From: an uncultured Candidatus Actinomarina sp.
GTDB lineage: Bacteria; Actinomycetota; Acidimicrobiia; Actinomarinales; Actinomarinaceae
NCBI GenBank assembly: GCA_902628045.1
Contig: CACOLU010000004.1
Coordinates: forward strand, 8,665 to 72,664
Length of the DNA: 64,000 bases
Reading direction: 5' to 3'
Below, piece by piece: positions 40,215 through 49,718 of the stretch (its first letter is position 1; every line of letters begins with the position of its first letter). The translations under genes were made by a program, and so were the position numbers. The notes beneath the pieces were generated by a model that saw only the letters and a list, made by a program, of their open reading frames with translations, was not told the DNA's origin and ran no database searches.

Positions 40215-40920
40215 AACAATTTTAGAATGCAACGGGATTGCTGCGGGTTACGTGAAGGGTTTAAATATCTTACAAGGAGTTGACTTAGTTGTACACGAAG
40301 GTGAGATAGTTTCAATTATTGGACCTAATGGAGCTGGCAAGTCAACTTTACTGAAAGCGATAATGAACTTAATAAGAGTGTCAGCAGGTAGATTCTATAT
40401 TAATGGAATTGAAAAAACTAATATATCAACCCACAAGATTGTTTTAGAGGGAATAGGCTACGTACCACAAGTAGAAAATGTGTTTCCTTCTTTGACTATT
40501 GAAGAAAATTTAGAAATTGGTGCATGGAGTGTAAGTTATAAAAAAGAATCATTAAAAAATATATATTCCACTTTTCCAATGTTATCTGATAGAAAAAAAG
40601 ATAAAGCAGGAAACTTATCTGGAGGACAACGTCAAATTTTAGCTTTAGCAAGGGCTTTAATAACTTCTCCGAATCTTTTATTGCTTGATGAACCATCTGC
40701 AGGATTATCACCCGTAGCAATTAGTGAAGTATTTGATTCTATAAAAGAAATAAATGATTCAGGAGTCTCAATATTATTAGTTGAACAAAATGCTAAAAGA
40801 GCACTTGCTTTCAGTGACAGGGGCTATGTCCTTGACCAGGGAAGAAATGCTTATCAAGGTAGAGGTGAAGAGCTACTCAATGACTCCCGAGTTATTGATT
40901 TGTATTTAGGTAAGTTATAA
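40183..40920 (+). CDS. livF: Branched-chain amino acid ABC transporter ATP-binding protein
   Basis: Walker A GPNGAGKST, signature LSGGQRQ. Confidence 0.85.
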   Translation: MKPILEKRMSKTILECNGIAAGYVKGLNILQGVDLVVHEGEIVSIIGPNGAGKSTLLKAIMNLIRVSAGRFYINGIEKTNISTHKIVLEGIGYVPQVENVFPSLTIEENLEIGAWSVSYKKESLKNIYSTFPMLSDRKKDKAGNLSGGQRQILALARALITSPNLLLLDEPSAGLSPVAISEVFDSIKEINDSGVSILLVEQNAKRALAFSDRGYVLDQGRNAYQGRGEELLNDSRVIDLYLGKL

Positions 40921-40921
40921 A

Positions 40922-40950
40922 AAAAAGGCCCGATTTCTCAGGCCTTTTTT
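40922..40950. terminator. Bidirectional rho-independent terminator between convergent livF and the substrate-binding-protein gene
   Basis: AAAAAAGGCCCGATTTCTCAGGCCTTTTTTAAAA: GC stem flanked by an A-tract and a T-tract. Confidence 0.7.
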
Positions 40951-40966
40951 AAAATCTAATTAAAGA

Positions 40967-42286
40967 TTATGAACCGAAATCTACTGATTTAAGGACTGGG
41001 TTAGTATCACCCTCTGTTGTCCAAATATCGTAAGTAGCAGCAGTAGGATCACCAACTGCATTTAATTCGATTTCACCTGATGCGCCAACATAGTCAACAT
41101 CTACACCGTCTGCTGCAAGTGCAATACAAGCAACACCGATACATTTTTCACCACCGGATGATGCAGCAACTAAGCCAGAAGCAATTTCTGGTCCAGTTAC
41201 ACCATTAGCAGCTGCTGATATTGCCATCAACATAACAGCATCATAAGCTTGTGGGGCAAAGATGAATGTTGGAGAGCCGTCTGCAGAAACTCCTGCATAA
41301 GCTGCTTCAAATGCATCTTTTGCTTCACCTGCTGCGGAACCTGGAGCTGTACCCTTGAATCCATCAAGTGCAGTACCTAAACCACACAATGATGCAAGAC
41401 CAGCATCCTTAACACCATCGGTCATGTACCAAGGAGTGTCAAGAAGACCTTGTTCGAATGCAGGTTGAAGAACACCACAACCAGTTTCTGGGAACAGAAT
41501 TCCCACTATTGCGTCAGCACCACCCTTGCCTACAGCAGTTACTTCAGAAGTAAATTCTGTAGCATCTGTTGCGTGGTAAACAATTGTCTTTACTGTACCG
41601 CCAGCTGCTTCAAAAGCTGCAGCGGTAGCTTCAGCAAGACCTCTACCATAAGAGTCTGCTCTTGAAATAATAGAAACTGTTTGAACTCCATCTTCTACCA
41701 AAAGAGATGCTAATACATCACCTTGAAGGAGATCTGATGGAGCAGTTCTCGCATAAAATCCTTTTTTATCAATTTTTGTAAATTGAGGACTTGTATTTGA
41801 TGGAGAAACCATTACAACTTCAGCAGCAATTGCTGTGTCAAGTATTGCAAGAGAAGTACCACTACATGCGGCTCCCATTACACCTTGTGCACCTTGTGCA
41901 ATTACATCATTTAAACTTGTAAGAGCTACAGCTCCATCACAACCACTATCACCTTCAATAAGTTGAACTGGTTGTCCGTTTATACCGCCAGCAGCATTGA
42001 TTTGCTCAACAGCAAGAGCCGCACCTAGTGCAATACCAGGTCCTAATGATGCAAGGTCACCTGATAATGGCATTAATGATGCCAAAACTAATGGATCGCT
42101 TGCAGGAGCAGCTACTGTAGTCGCAGGCGCTTCAGTAGTTGCAGGTGCTTCAGTTGTTTCAACTTCTACTTCTGCCTCGTCACTACCTCCGCTACCGCTA
42201 CCTCCACAGGCTGCAGCAACTAGTGCTAAAATCGCAATCAAAGCCAAAGCTTTGCGATTCTTCATATATAATTTCCTTTCAGTCAC
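40967..42286 (-). CDS. Branched-chain amino acid ABC substrate-binding lipoprotein (LivK/LivJ-like)
   Basis: Lipobox LVAAACGGSGSGG, Ala/Thr/Glu linker, type I periplasmic-binding fold; likely true start is the ATG at 42265 (MKNRKALALIA...) preceded by GAAAGGAA, not the GTG at 42286. Confidence 0.8.
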   Translation of the reverse strand: MTERKLYMKNRKALALIAILALVAAACGGSGSGGSDEAEVEVETTEAPATTEAPATTVAAPASDPLVLASLMPLSGDLASLGPGIALGAALAVEQINAAGGINGQPVQLIEGDSGCDGAVALTSLNDVIAQGAQGVMGAACSGTSLAILDTAIAAEVVMVSPSNTSPQFTKIDKKGFYARTAPSDLLQGDVLASLLVEDGVQTVSIISRADSYGRGLAEATAAAFEAAGGTVKTIVYHATDATEFTSEVTAVGKGGADAIVGILFPETGCGVLQPAFEQGLLDTPWYMTDGVKDAGLASLCGLGTALDGFKGTAPGSAAGEAKDAFEAAYAGVSADGSPTFIFAPQAYDAVMLMAISAAANGVTGPEIASGLVAASSGGEKCIGVACIALAADGVDVDYVGASGEIELNAVGDPTAATYDIWTTEGDTNPVLKSVDFGS

Positions 42287-42391
42287 TGAAATTAAAAAAA
42301 CCTACTAATTTGTAGGAATTATCAAACAATAGCGGATATTTAGTACTATTCAATAGCATAATTAAATAATTTAGAAATAAAATAAATAAAG

Positions 42392-43402
42392 ATGAGTGAA
42401 ATAATTGAAAATTTACTAATAGATTTATCAAACCAGGAGTATTTGGATATATTTCTATATATTTTTATGTTATATTTTCTCTATTTAGGTTGGAAAAAGG
42501 GTGCAGTTTTTCAAATTTTTTACCTTTTTGCACTTTTAATTGCAGTATCGTTAAGTTTTCGATACTCAGATGAGATTGGCTCATACATAAGTAGTTGGTT
42601 AAATTCAAATCTTCAGTTCTCAGAATTATTTGGCGGATTAATTATTTTCGTTGCAATATTGACTATGACGTCATTTTTGCAAAACTTTTTAAACAATCGC
42701 ATTAAAACTTCAGATTTAGGAAGCAAAGCTTTAGGAGCTGGCATATCACTTTTAGTAAGTAATTTAATTTTGACTTTAATTTTTACAGGATTAAATATTA
42801 TAAATTTACCAAACTTAATTGAAAATTCTGTAAAAGAGTCAAACCTTGTAAGTTTTTATGTAAGTCCTGATGGGTCTCCTCAACAAACTTTAGAGGTAAT
42901 CATAGGAACTGATTTATTAAAAGTTATAAATAGAATTAATTATTTAACTGGCAAGTCTTCTGTTGTTGTTGACGAAGATGGTTGTTTAGAGATTCCAAAG
43001 TACAGTGAATCAAATTTACAGTCAAGACAAGATTTTTCAATTGAGATTTATAATTTACTTTCTCTAGAAAGACAAAATGAGAATGTTGATGGATTAGAAT
43101 TAAATCAAATATTATCTAATGTTGCACAAGCTTATGCATATGAAATGTATTCTGGCGGTTTTTGGTGTCATCAAAATCCCAATAATGGTGAAAATATAAA
43201 TGACAGACTCTCAAAAGTAGGCTTCCCTTATATAACTATTGGGGAAAACTTAGCAATCGCATCAACTGTTAGGTCAGGGCATCAAAGCTTAATGCAATCA
43301 GATTCTCACAGAAGTACTATTTTGGATAATGAGTTTCGTAGGGTAGGTATTGGAGTTGTTTCAGGACCTATAGGATTAATAATTGTGCAAGTTTTCTCAT
43401 GA
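42392..43402 (+). CDS. CvpA-family membrane protein fused to a C-terminal CAP/SCP (YkwD-like) domain
   Basis: N-terminal 4-TM CvpA-like region; C-terminal GHQSLMQSDSHRSTILDNEFRRVGIGV resembling bacterial SCP-like HR..IL..F..VG.G signature. Confidence 0.6.
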   Translation: MSEIIENLLIDLSNQEYLDIFLYIFMLYFLYLGWKKGAVFQIFYLFALLIAVSLSFRYSDEIGSYISSWLNSNLQFSELFGGLIIFVAILTMTSFLQNFLNNRIKTSDLGSKALGAGISLLVSNLILTLIFTGLNIINLPNLIENSVKESNLVSFYVSPDGSPQQTLEVIIGTDLLKVINRINYLTGKSSVVVDEDGCLEIPKYSESNLQSRQDFSIEIYNLLSLERQNENVDGLELNQILSNVAQAYAYEMYSGGFWCHQNPNNGENINDRLSKVGFPYITIGENLAIASTVRSGHQSLMQSDSHRSTILDNEFRRVGIGVVSGPIGLIIVQVFS

Positions 43403-43698
43403 GCAGCATTGATTTAGACTCTTTTATAAAGAATTTGTCAGATGGTTTAAGACTTTATCTAAAAAATGAAAAAGTAAAAATAAAAGAATCTGATTTTCAA
43501 ATTTTGAAAGAAGAATTAATATCTGAGTTTTCTCTTCCATATATTGATCAAAAACAAACTCCAACTCAGTTATTAAATAATTTTGTGAAAAATGAATATA
43601 AATTTGGAAAACTTATAACACCACAAGATTTAGGACCTAATGCTCACGAACAAATTATGTTATGGGGACTTATTAAAGCAAAGAAATTAAATGATTAA
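43399..43698 (+). CDS. Hypothetical protein, translationally coupled between the CvpA-CAP gene and the MATE gene
   Basis: ATGA overlap upstream and ATGATTAA overlap downstream; 99 aa; no motif recognised. Confidence 0.45.
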   Translation: MSSIDLDSFIKNLSDGLRLYLKNEKVKIKESDFQILKEELISEFSLPYIDQKQTPTQLLNNFVKNEYKFGKLITPQDLGPNAHEQIMLWGLIKAKKLND

Positions 43699-44971
43699 TT
43701 CAGTCAGAAAAGATATATGGCTTAACTCTTACCCAATATTTCTCTGGCTTGCTTTAGAACCGATAGTTGGGTTGATAGATTCAAAAATTGCGAGTGTTAT
43801 TAATTTGGAAACATTATCTGCAATAGGAATTGGTGAAACTATTTATTTTGTTTTTATTTGGGTTTTTATTTTTCTTGCTTATGGTACAACACCTTTAGTT
43901 TCTGCTTTAAATACAAAAAATGAAATAAATAAATTAAATTATTTTATTAAATATGGAAGAAATGTTTCTGTATTTCTCGGTGTAATATCATTTATTATTT
44001 TGTTTTTAAGTAGTGATTTTTTAATTTCTACTTTTGAGCCAACTAACAAAATACAACTTTTATCTTCAGATTATTTAATTTATAGATGCATTGGTCTTCC
44101 ATTTTATTTAATAAATATGCATTCAACTGCTGTACTTAGAGGTTTAAAGTATGCCAAAATTACACTTTATAGTGCAATAATTGTATCAATTTCAAATGTA
44201 GTATTTAGTTTATTCTTTGGTCTTTTTCTAGGATATGGTGCAAGCGGAATTGGCTTTGCAAGTTCAGTTGCTTTTTTTATTGCGTCAATATATTCAGTTA
44301 CTATTTTAAAAAAACAACAGAGTCATCTTAATGTTTCATATGAAGATGTTGATAAAGCAAGTATGAGAAGAAAGTTCTTTAGTGTAGGATCTTACATTGT
44401 AATCCGATCTTTATTTTTAACTTTATTCTTTGCATATATCAGAAATAGAGCAGCTTTGATGTCTATGGATGAGATAGCTTTGCAGCATATTCTTCTACAG
44501 TTGTGGTCAGTTGGTTATATATTCGTTGACGCAGTCGCAATTGCAGCTCAAACATTAATTGCAGAACTTATTTCAAAGAAAGAAAAATATCAAAATTCTT
44601 TACTTCAGAAAGAACTTATTTCTGTTACGACAATTATTTCATTAATTCTTTCACTAATACCGCTTATATTTTTAGAGAGTTTTATTGAATTGTTAACTGG
44701 TGACAGGTTTGATTTATTTGTTGACTTCCGATTAAAAGTAATGGTATCTCTAAGTTTACTTATTGGTTGTTTTGCTTTTTTATGGGATGGTGTTTTACTT
44801 GGCCTTGATAAGTCAAAAGAATTTTCGTTGTTATCGATTTTATCTGCAACTGCAGGTTTCTTGATTTGTAGTTATTTGTTAATGTATCAAAATTCAATTG
44901 AAATTCTTTGGGTAAGTATCAATGTTAGTTTGACTGTTAGAGCTGTACTAGGGTATCTGTATCAAAAATAA
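43691..44971 (+). CDS. MATE-family efflux transporter
   Basis: 12-TM architecture with an internal duplicate; 426 aa. Confidence 0.7.
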   Translation: MINSVRKDIWLNSYPIFLWLALEPIVGLIDSKIASVINLETLSAIGIGETIYFVFIWVFIFLAYGTTPLVSALNTKNEINKLNYFIKYGRNVSVFLGVISFIILFLSSDFLISTFEPTNKIQLLSSDYLIYRCIGLPFYLINMHSTAVLRGLKYAKITLYSAIIVSISNVVFSLFFGLFLGYGASGIGFASSVAFFIASIYSVTILKKQQSHLNVSYEDVDKASMRRKFFSVGSYIVIRSLFLTLFFAYIRNRAALMSMDEIALQHILLQLWSVGYIFVDAVAIAAQTLIAELISKKEKYQNSLLQKELISVTTIISLILSLIPLIFLESFIELLTGDRFDLFVDFRLKVMVSLSLLIGCFAFLWDGVLLGLDKSKEFSLLSILSATAGFLICSYLLMYQNSIEILWVSINVSLTVRAVLGYLYQK

Positions 44972-44972
44972 T

Positions 44973-45617
44973 TTAATCTACGGCTTTTAGAACAGGTCTA
45001 TCAAGGTAATAGCTTAAAATTTGCAATTCTTGAGATAGGTCAACTGATCTAATTTGTACATCGGGTACATTTTTGAGGAGTACAGGAGCAAAGTTAAGTA
45101 TTGATCTAACTCCACACCCTGTTAACTGATCAGCAACACTTTGGGCATATTCACCCGGAGTTGCAATTATTCCAATTGCAACATTAAATTTTTCACAATA
45201 TTTTTCTAAATCAATCAAAGGTTTAATTACTAAACCTGCTACTTGACTATTGATTTTCTTTGGATCATCATCAAACAGCCCAACAATACCAAAGCCTTTT
45301 TCTCTAAATCCACCGTAATGTGCCAAAGCAGAACCTAAATTACCAATTCCAACTATTACTGCGCTCCAACCTTCGACAAGGCCTAGTTCAAGTTGAAGTT
45401 GGTTTCTAAGAGTAGATATATCATAACCAACTCCTCTTGTGCCTAATGTGCCAAGATAGGATAAATCTCTTCGAACTTGAGCATCATTTACCTTTGCTAG
45501 TTCAGCTAATTTACTTGATGAAATACCTATGTTTTCATCACTAATTTGATCAAGGCATTGAAGATAAAGGGGTAACCTTTTAACAGTTGCCGGTGGAATT
45601 TTTTTATTTTCTTTCAC
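44973..45617 (-). CDS. rex: Redox-sensing transcriptional repressor Rex
   Basis: N-terminal wHTH with KRLPLYLQ, Rossmann GIGNLGSAL NADH-binding motif. Confidence 0.85.
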   Translation of the reverse strand: MKENKKIPPATVKRLPLYLQCLDQISDENIGISSSKLAELAKVNDAQVRRDLSYLGTLGTRGVGYDISTLRNQLQLELGLVEGWSAVIVGIGNLGSALAHYGGFREKGFGIVGLFDDDPKKINSQVAGLVIKPLIDLEKYCEKFNVAIGIIATPGEYAQSVADQLTGCGVRSILNFAPVLLKNVPDVQIRSVDLSQELQILSYYLDRPVLKAVD

Positions 45618-45724
45618 TAATGCACAATCTAATTCGATAATGAAATTATATGTAATTATTTAGGATTTTTTATTAGCTTTATTTAGTTTCGTATTAATGA
45701 AAATTCGATGTATGTTAGTAAAAT

Positions 45725-46996
45725 ATGGAAAAAATCCCTAAAACATACGACGTTTTAATAATTGGTGCTGGTCCTGCTGGTGCGAATGCAGCTATTTCCT
45801 ATAAAAATTTAAACCCTGATATGACTGTAGGATTAGTCGATAAAGCAATATTTCCAAGAGATAAATCATGCGGTGATGCTATTGGCCCCGGAGTAATAAG
45901 TGCATTAAAAAGATTTAACAATGAACATATTTTGGAAGGTGAGCCACAAGTTGTTTCAACAACGCTTTATGGTCCTGATAATATCGGTATTCAAAATTAT
46001 ATTCCTAAAGTTAAAAATAAGGAAGATTCAATTGTATATGTTATTCCTCGAGTTGATCTAGATAATAGAATATTAAATCTTGCGAAAGAGTTAGGCGTTG
46101 ATGTATACGAAGGTTATAGTTTTGTAGATTTTACTCCCAATGAAGACAGAAGTTTGAATGTACTAATTAAAAATGATAATCAAAATTTAGAATTTGTAAC
46201 AAAGATTCTTGTTGGAGCTGATGGTGCAAATTCTAGGGTTAGAAAAAAATTAAACTACAAGCCTAATTCAGATTGGCATAAAGCTATTGCAATACGAGCT
46301 TATATTGACAGTCCAAATTATTTAGAAATATTCGAAGAGAGAACACTTATGTTTGAAATCAATGTTTCTGCCGATAAAGGATATGCTTGGGCTTTCCCAA
46401 GCAAAGGTAATTTATTAAATATTGGTATAGGCGTTCCAGTTAGTATTTTTAAAAAAGATAAATTAGATGTCAACGTATTGTTAGATAATTTTGTATCAGA
46501 GCTTGAGTCCAGAGGCGTAGTTGTAGAAAACATAAGAAAGCAAAAATCATATTTACTTCCTTTTGCATCGTCTCGACCAAAAAGAAATAAAGAATATAAT
46601 ATTGCTTTAATTGGCGATGCTAGCTCTATGATAAATCCTATGAGTGGAGAGGGTATATTTTATGGTATGGAAGCAGGTTATTTGTTAGCCAAAAATACGC
46701 ATAAACTACTTGATTCAAATATGATAAGTATCGGAATTGATAGATATGAAAAAGAGTTTACAAAACGATTTAAAAAACATTTTTTAAGCTGTGCTTTAGC
46801 AAGACTAATTCTACAGAGTCCATTTATGACAAAGAGACTGTTAAGAGTTGCTTCAAATGATCAGGATACTATTGATTTTGTCGTTGAATTATTATTTGAT
46901 GAAGCGTATCTTACTTTGAAGGAAGTATTTAAAATAGGATACAAGTTTGTCTTACCAACAAAATTGCTTTCTTTAGGCCAAAAAACTCATTCCTGA
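45725..46996 (+). CDS. FAD-dependent geranylgeranyl reductase-family oxidoreductase (menaquinone/isoprenoid reductase-like)
   Basis: FAD motif VLIIGAGPAGANAA, GDAxxxxxP-like GDASSMINPMSGEG; sits before nuoA, as a GGR-like gene does in Streptomyces. Confidence 0.7.
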   Translation: MEKIPKTYDVLIIGAGPAGANAAISYKNLNPDMTVGLVDKAIFPRDKSCGDAIGPGVISALKRFNNEHILEGEPQVVSTTLYGPDNIGIQNYIPKVKNKEDSIVYVIPRVDLDNRILNLAKELGVDVYEGYSFVDFTPNEDRSLNVLIKNDNQNLEFVTKILVGADGANSRVRKKLNYKPNSDWHKAIAIRAYIDSPNYLEIFEERTLMFEINVSADKGYAWAFPSKGNLLNIGIGVPVSIFKKDKLDVNVLLDNFVSELESRGVVVENIRKQKSYLLPFASSRPKRNKEYNIALIGDASSMINPMSGEGIFYGMEAGYLLAKNTHKLLDSNMISIGIDRYEKEFTKRFKKHFLSCALARLILQSPFMTKRLLRVASNDQDTIDFVVELLFDEAYLTLKEVFKIGYKFVLPTKLLSLGQKTHS

Positions 46997-47036
46997 AATT
47001 AATTAACATCTTATTGCTAGTACAATATAGGTATAC

Positions 47037-47056
47037 TTTGTGAAATATTTCACAAA
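47037..47056. promoter_or_regulatory. Rex operator: perfect palindrome TTTGTGAAATATTTCACAAA 13 nt upstream of the nuoA start
   Basis: Matches the Rex-box consensus TTGTGAA-N4-TTCACAA as I recall it; rex is the adjacent upstream gene. Confidence 0.75.
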
Positions 47057-47068
47057 TATGGAGGGAAC

Positions 47069-47470
47069 ATGATAAATTGGTTACCAATATTAGTGATGCT
47101 AATTATTGCTGTTGGTTTTGCCCTTGCTTCACTTGGAGTTTCCTATTTACTTTCACCAAAAAAACCAACTCCTGAAAAACTTGCCCCTTATGAGTGTGGA
47201 ATATTTCCTGAAGTAGAACCATCTCAAAGGTTTCCCGTTAAGTTCTACATGGTTGCAATGCTTTACATAGTATTCGATATTGAAATAATCTTTTTATTTG
47301 CCTGGGCCACGAGATTTAATGATTTAGGTTGGTTCGGTATTGCAGCAATTTCAATATTTACATTTTTTGTACTTGAAACTCTTTATTATGTTTGGAAAAA
47401 AGGTGTTCTAGATTGGAATATTCCGCGTAGAGAGAGATACCTTAAAAAAGAACTTCAAGAGGTAGCTTGA
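47069..47470 (+). CDS. nuoA: NADH-quinone oxidoreductase subunit A
   Basis: 3-TM ND3-like, first gene of the nuo operon. Confidence 0.85.
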   Translation: MINWLPILVMLIIAVGFALASLGVSYLLSPKKPTPEKLAPYECGIFPEVEPSQRFPVKFYMVAMLYIVFDIEIIFLFAWATRFNDLGWFGIAAISIFTFFVLETLYYVWKKGVLDWNIPRRERYLKKELQEVA

Positions 47471-47931
47471 TGTATACACCAGATAATATTTTTACTACGA
47501 CTATCGATAAAGCTGTCAGGTGGTCAAGAACTCAATCAATGTGGCCTGTAACTTTTGGTTTAGCATGTTGTGCTATTGAGATGATGGCCGCTGGAAGTGC
47601 AAAGTATGATCTAGCGAGATATGGAATGGAAGTTTTTAGGGCTTCACCTAGACAAGCAGATTTGATGATTGTTGCAGGAAGAGTTTCTCAAAAAATGGCA
47701 CCTGTACTTCGCCAAGTTTACGATCAAATGGCTGACCCAAAGTGGGTAATTGCAATGGGAGCTTGTTCGTCGACAGGTGGAATGTTTAATAATTATGCGT
47801 TAGTTCAAGGCGTTGACCATATTGTTCCTGTAGACATGTACGTACCTGGCTGTCCACCCGGACCACAGTCTTTAATGCATGGAATTTTAACTTTACAAGA
47901 AAAGATTATGGATGGAGAGATCAATAGATGA
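47467..47931 (+). CDS. nuoB: NADH-quinone oxidoreductase subunit B
   Basis: N2 cluster ligands: [10 protein letters not shown]...CPPGP motifs. Confidence 0.9.
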   Translation: MMYTPDNIFTTTIDKAVRWSRTQSMWPVTFGLACCAIEMMAAGSAKYDLARYGMEVFRASPRQADLMIVAGRVSQKMAPVLRQVYDQMADPKWVIAMGACSSTGGMFNNYALVQGVDHIVPVDMYVPGCPPGPQSLMHGILTLQEKIMDGEINR

Positions 47932-48341
47932 ATTCTGAAATTTTGAATATACCTTTAAATGATTACAAAACAACTGTCGAGTCCCTTAAAAACGAAGGTT
48001 TTGAAATGATGATGGATTTAACAGTAGTTGATTGGTTTAGAAAGAAAGAACCAAGATTTGAAATTGTTGTACAATTTTTATCTACTTCTCATAACAAAAG
48101 AAAAACACTCAAAACGTTTGTAAATGATGAAGACTTATCTATTTCTTCAATTACTGATATTTATCCAAGTGCAAATTTTTATGAAAGGGAAGCGTTCGAT
48201 ATGTTTGGTATTATTTTTGAAAATCACCCAGATTTAACGAGAATTTTGATGCCTGATGATTGGGTAGGACATCCTCTAAGGAAGAATTATGGATCAGGAA
48301 GAATTCCTGTTCAATTTAAGAATGCACCAAAGGTTGATTAA
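47928..48341 (+). CDS. nuoC: NADH-quinone oxidoreductase subunit C (minimal, 137 aa)
   Basis: [22 protein letters not shown] signature; lacks N- and C-terminal extensions. Confidence 0.8.
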   Translation: MNSEILNIPLNDYKTTVESLKNEGFEMMMDLTVVDWFRKKEPRFEIVVQFLSTSHNKRKTLKTFVNDEDLSISSITDIYPSANFYEREAFDMFGIIFENHPDLTRILMPDDWVGHPLRKNYGSGRIPVQFKNAPKVD

Positions 48342-49718
48342 TTGAAAGACTACAAAGTTAAAAAAAGCAAGTTAAGCAATTTTAAAAATAAGCTTGATTT
48401 TTGGGCGACTAATTCTGAAGAAGGTGGGTGGAACATCTCTTCTACAGATGAAGGCTCTCAAAAAATGCTTGAAAACGAAAATGAAGAACAAATAAAAATA
48501 CAAACCGGAACTGAAGTTTTGGATGACTTTGTAATTGACGAAGAAACTTCAGATGACGAGAGAATGATTGTCAATATGGGTCCTCAGCATCCATCAACCC
48601 ATGGAGTTTTAAGGCTTCAAGCAGAACTCGAAGGGGAAGTCGTAAGAAGAGTTAAGCCAATTATTGGTTATTTACACACTGGAATGGAAAAAACTGGTGA
48701 GGAATTAAATTATTTTCAAGGTCCTACTAACACTACAAGGATGGATTACCTATCACCTTTATTCAACGAGCTTGTCTTTTCTTTAACAACTGAAAAGCTA
48801 ATTGGTATTGAAGTTCCTGAAAGAGCAAAAACAATAAGAATTTTGATGACTGAACTAAATCGTATATCTTCTCACTTAGTTGCATTAGCAACTGGAGGAA
48901 TGGATATTGGAGCTTTATCAATGATGATTTTTGGATTCAGGGAAAGAGAACTTATTCTTAATTTTTTTGAGAAAACTACTGGTTTGCGAATGAATCACAA
49001 CTTTATAAGACCTGGTGGAGTAGCGGCAGACTTACCCGATGGCTGGCAAAAAGATGTACAAGAGATCCTAAAAGTTATTCCCGAAAAATTGCAAGATTAT
49101 GATGATATGTTGCTAGATAATCCTATTTGGAAAGGCCGACTTCAAAATGTTGGAATATTAACTACTGAAGAATGCTTCGCTTATGGAATCACTGGTCCAA
49201 GCTTAAGAGCTTCCGGTTATTCGTGGGACTTAAGAAAGTCGCAACCATATTCAGGAATTGAAAAATTTGACTTTGAAATTCCAGTGCTCAATGAAGGTGA
49301 TGTTTTTGCAAGGTGGAGAGTTAAAGTTTTAGAAATATTTGAAAGTTTAAAAATTGTTGAGCAATGCATGCACAATATGCCCAAAGGTCCTTACAAAATT
49401 CAAGATAAAAAAATAACACCACCACCTCGTAAAAGGTTAGATGAATCTATGGAAGCATTGATTCATCATTTCAAGATATACACAGAGGGATTCAAAGTAC
49501 CTGAGGGCGATGCATATGTTGCTATTGAATCTCCTAGAGGTGAGTTAGGATGTTATATAGTTTCAGACGGCTCTTCAAAGCCTTACAGAATGCATGTTAG
49601 AGGTCCTTCATTCTGTAATTTACAAGCACTACCAGTAATTATGACAGATAGCCCGATTGCAGATGCCGTCGCAGCAATTGCTTCATTAGATCCTGTAATA
49701 GGGGATGTTGATAGATGA
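48342..49718 (+). CDS. nuoD: NADH-quinone oxidoreductase subunit D (with roughly 40-aa extra acidic N-terminal extension)
   Basis: VNMGPQHPSTHGVLRL, GYLHTGMEK motifs; TTG start immediately after the nuoC stop. Confidence 0.9.
   Translation: MKDYKVKKSKLSNFKNKLDFWATNSEEGGWNISSTDEGSQKMLENENEEQIKIQTGTEVLDDFVIDEETSDDERMIVNMGPQHPSTHGVLRLQAELEGEVVRRVKPIIGYLHTGMEKTGEELNYFQGPTNTTRMDYLSPLFNELVFSLTTEKLIGIEVPERAKTIRILMTELNRISSHLVALATGGMDIGALSMMIFGFRERELILNFFEKTTGLRMNHNFIRPGGVAADLPDGWQKDVQEILKVIPEKLQDYDDMLLDNPIWKGRLQNVGILTTEECFAYGITGPSLRASGYSWDLRKSQPYSGIEKFDFEIPVLNEGDVFARWRVKVLEIFESLKIVEQCMHNMPKGPYKIQDKKITPPPRKRLDESMEALIHHFKIYTEGFKVPEGDAYVAIESPRGELGCYIVSDGSSKPYRMHVRGPSFCNLQALPVIMTDSPIADAVAAIASLDPVIGDVDR

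Noticed and set aside
42266-42286. GTG-initiated N-terminal extension MTERKLY on the Liv substrate-binding protein
   Set aside because: The downstream ATG gives a canonical lipoprotein signal peptide and has its own RBS; the extension is probably not translated.
41997-42308. 103-aa plus-strand ORF (Ala/Ser/Pro-rich) across the 5' end of the Liv binding-protein gene
   Set aside because: Antisense image of the GC-richer lipoprotein linker (GGSGSGG...TTEAPATT); not an independent gene.
47928-48341. nuoC as a truncated pseudogene
   Set aside because: The 137 residues align with the conserved catalytic core of NuoC/Nqo5, including the ERE..D.FGI.F..HPDL signature; start and stop are cleanly coupled to nuoB and nuoD. 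It is minimal but intact.
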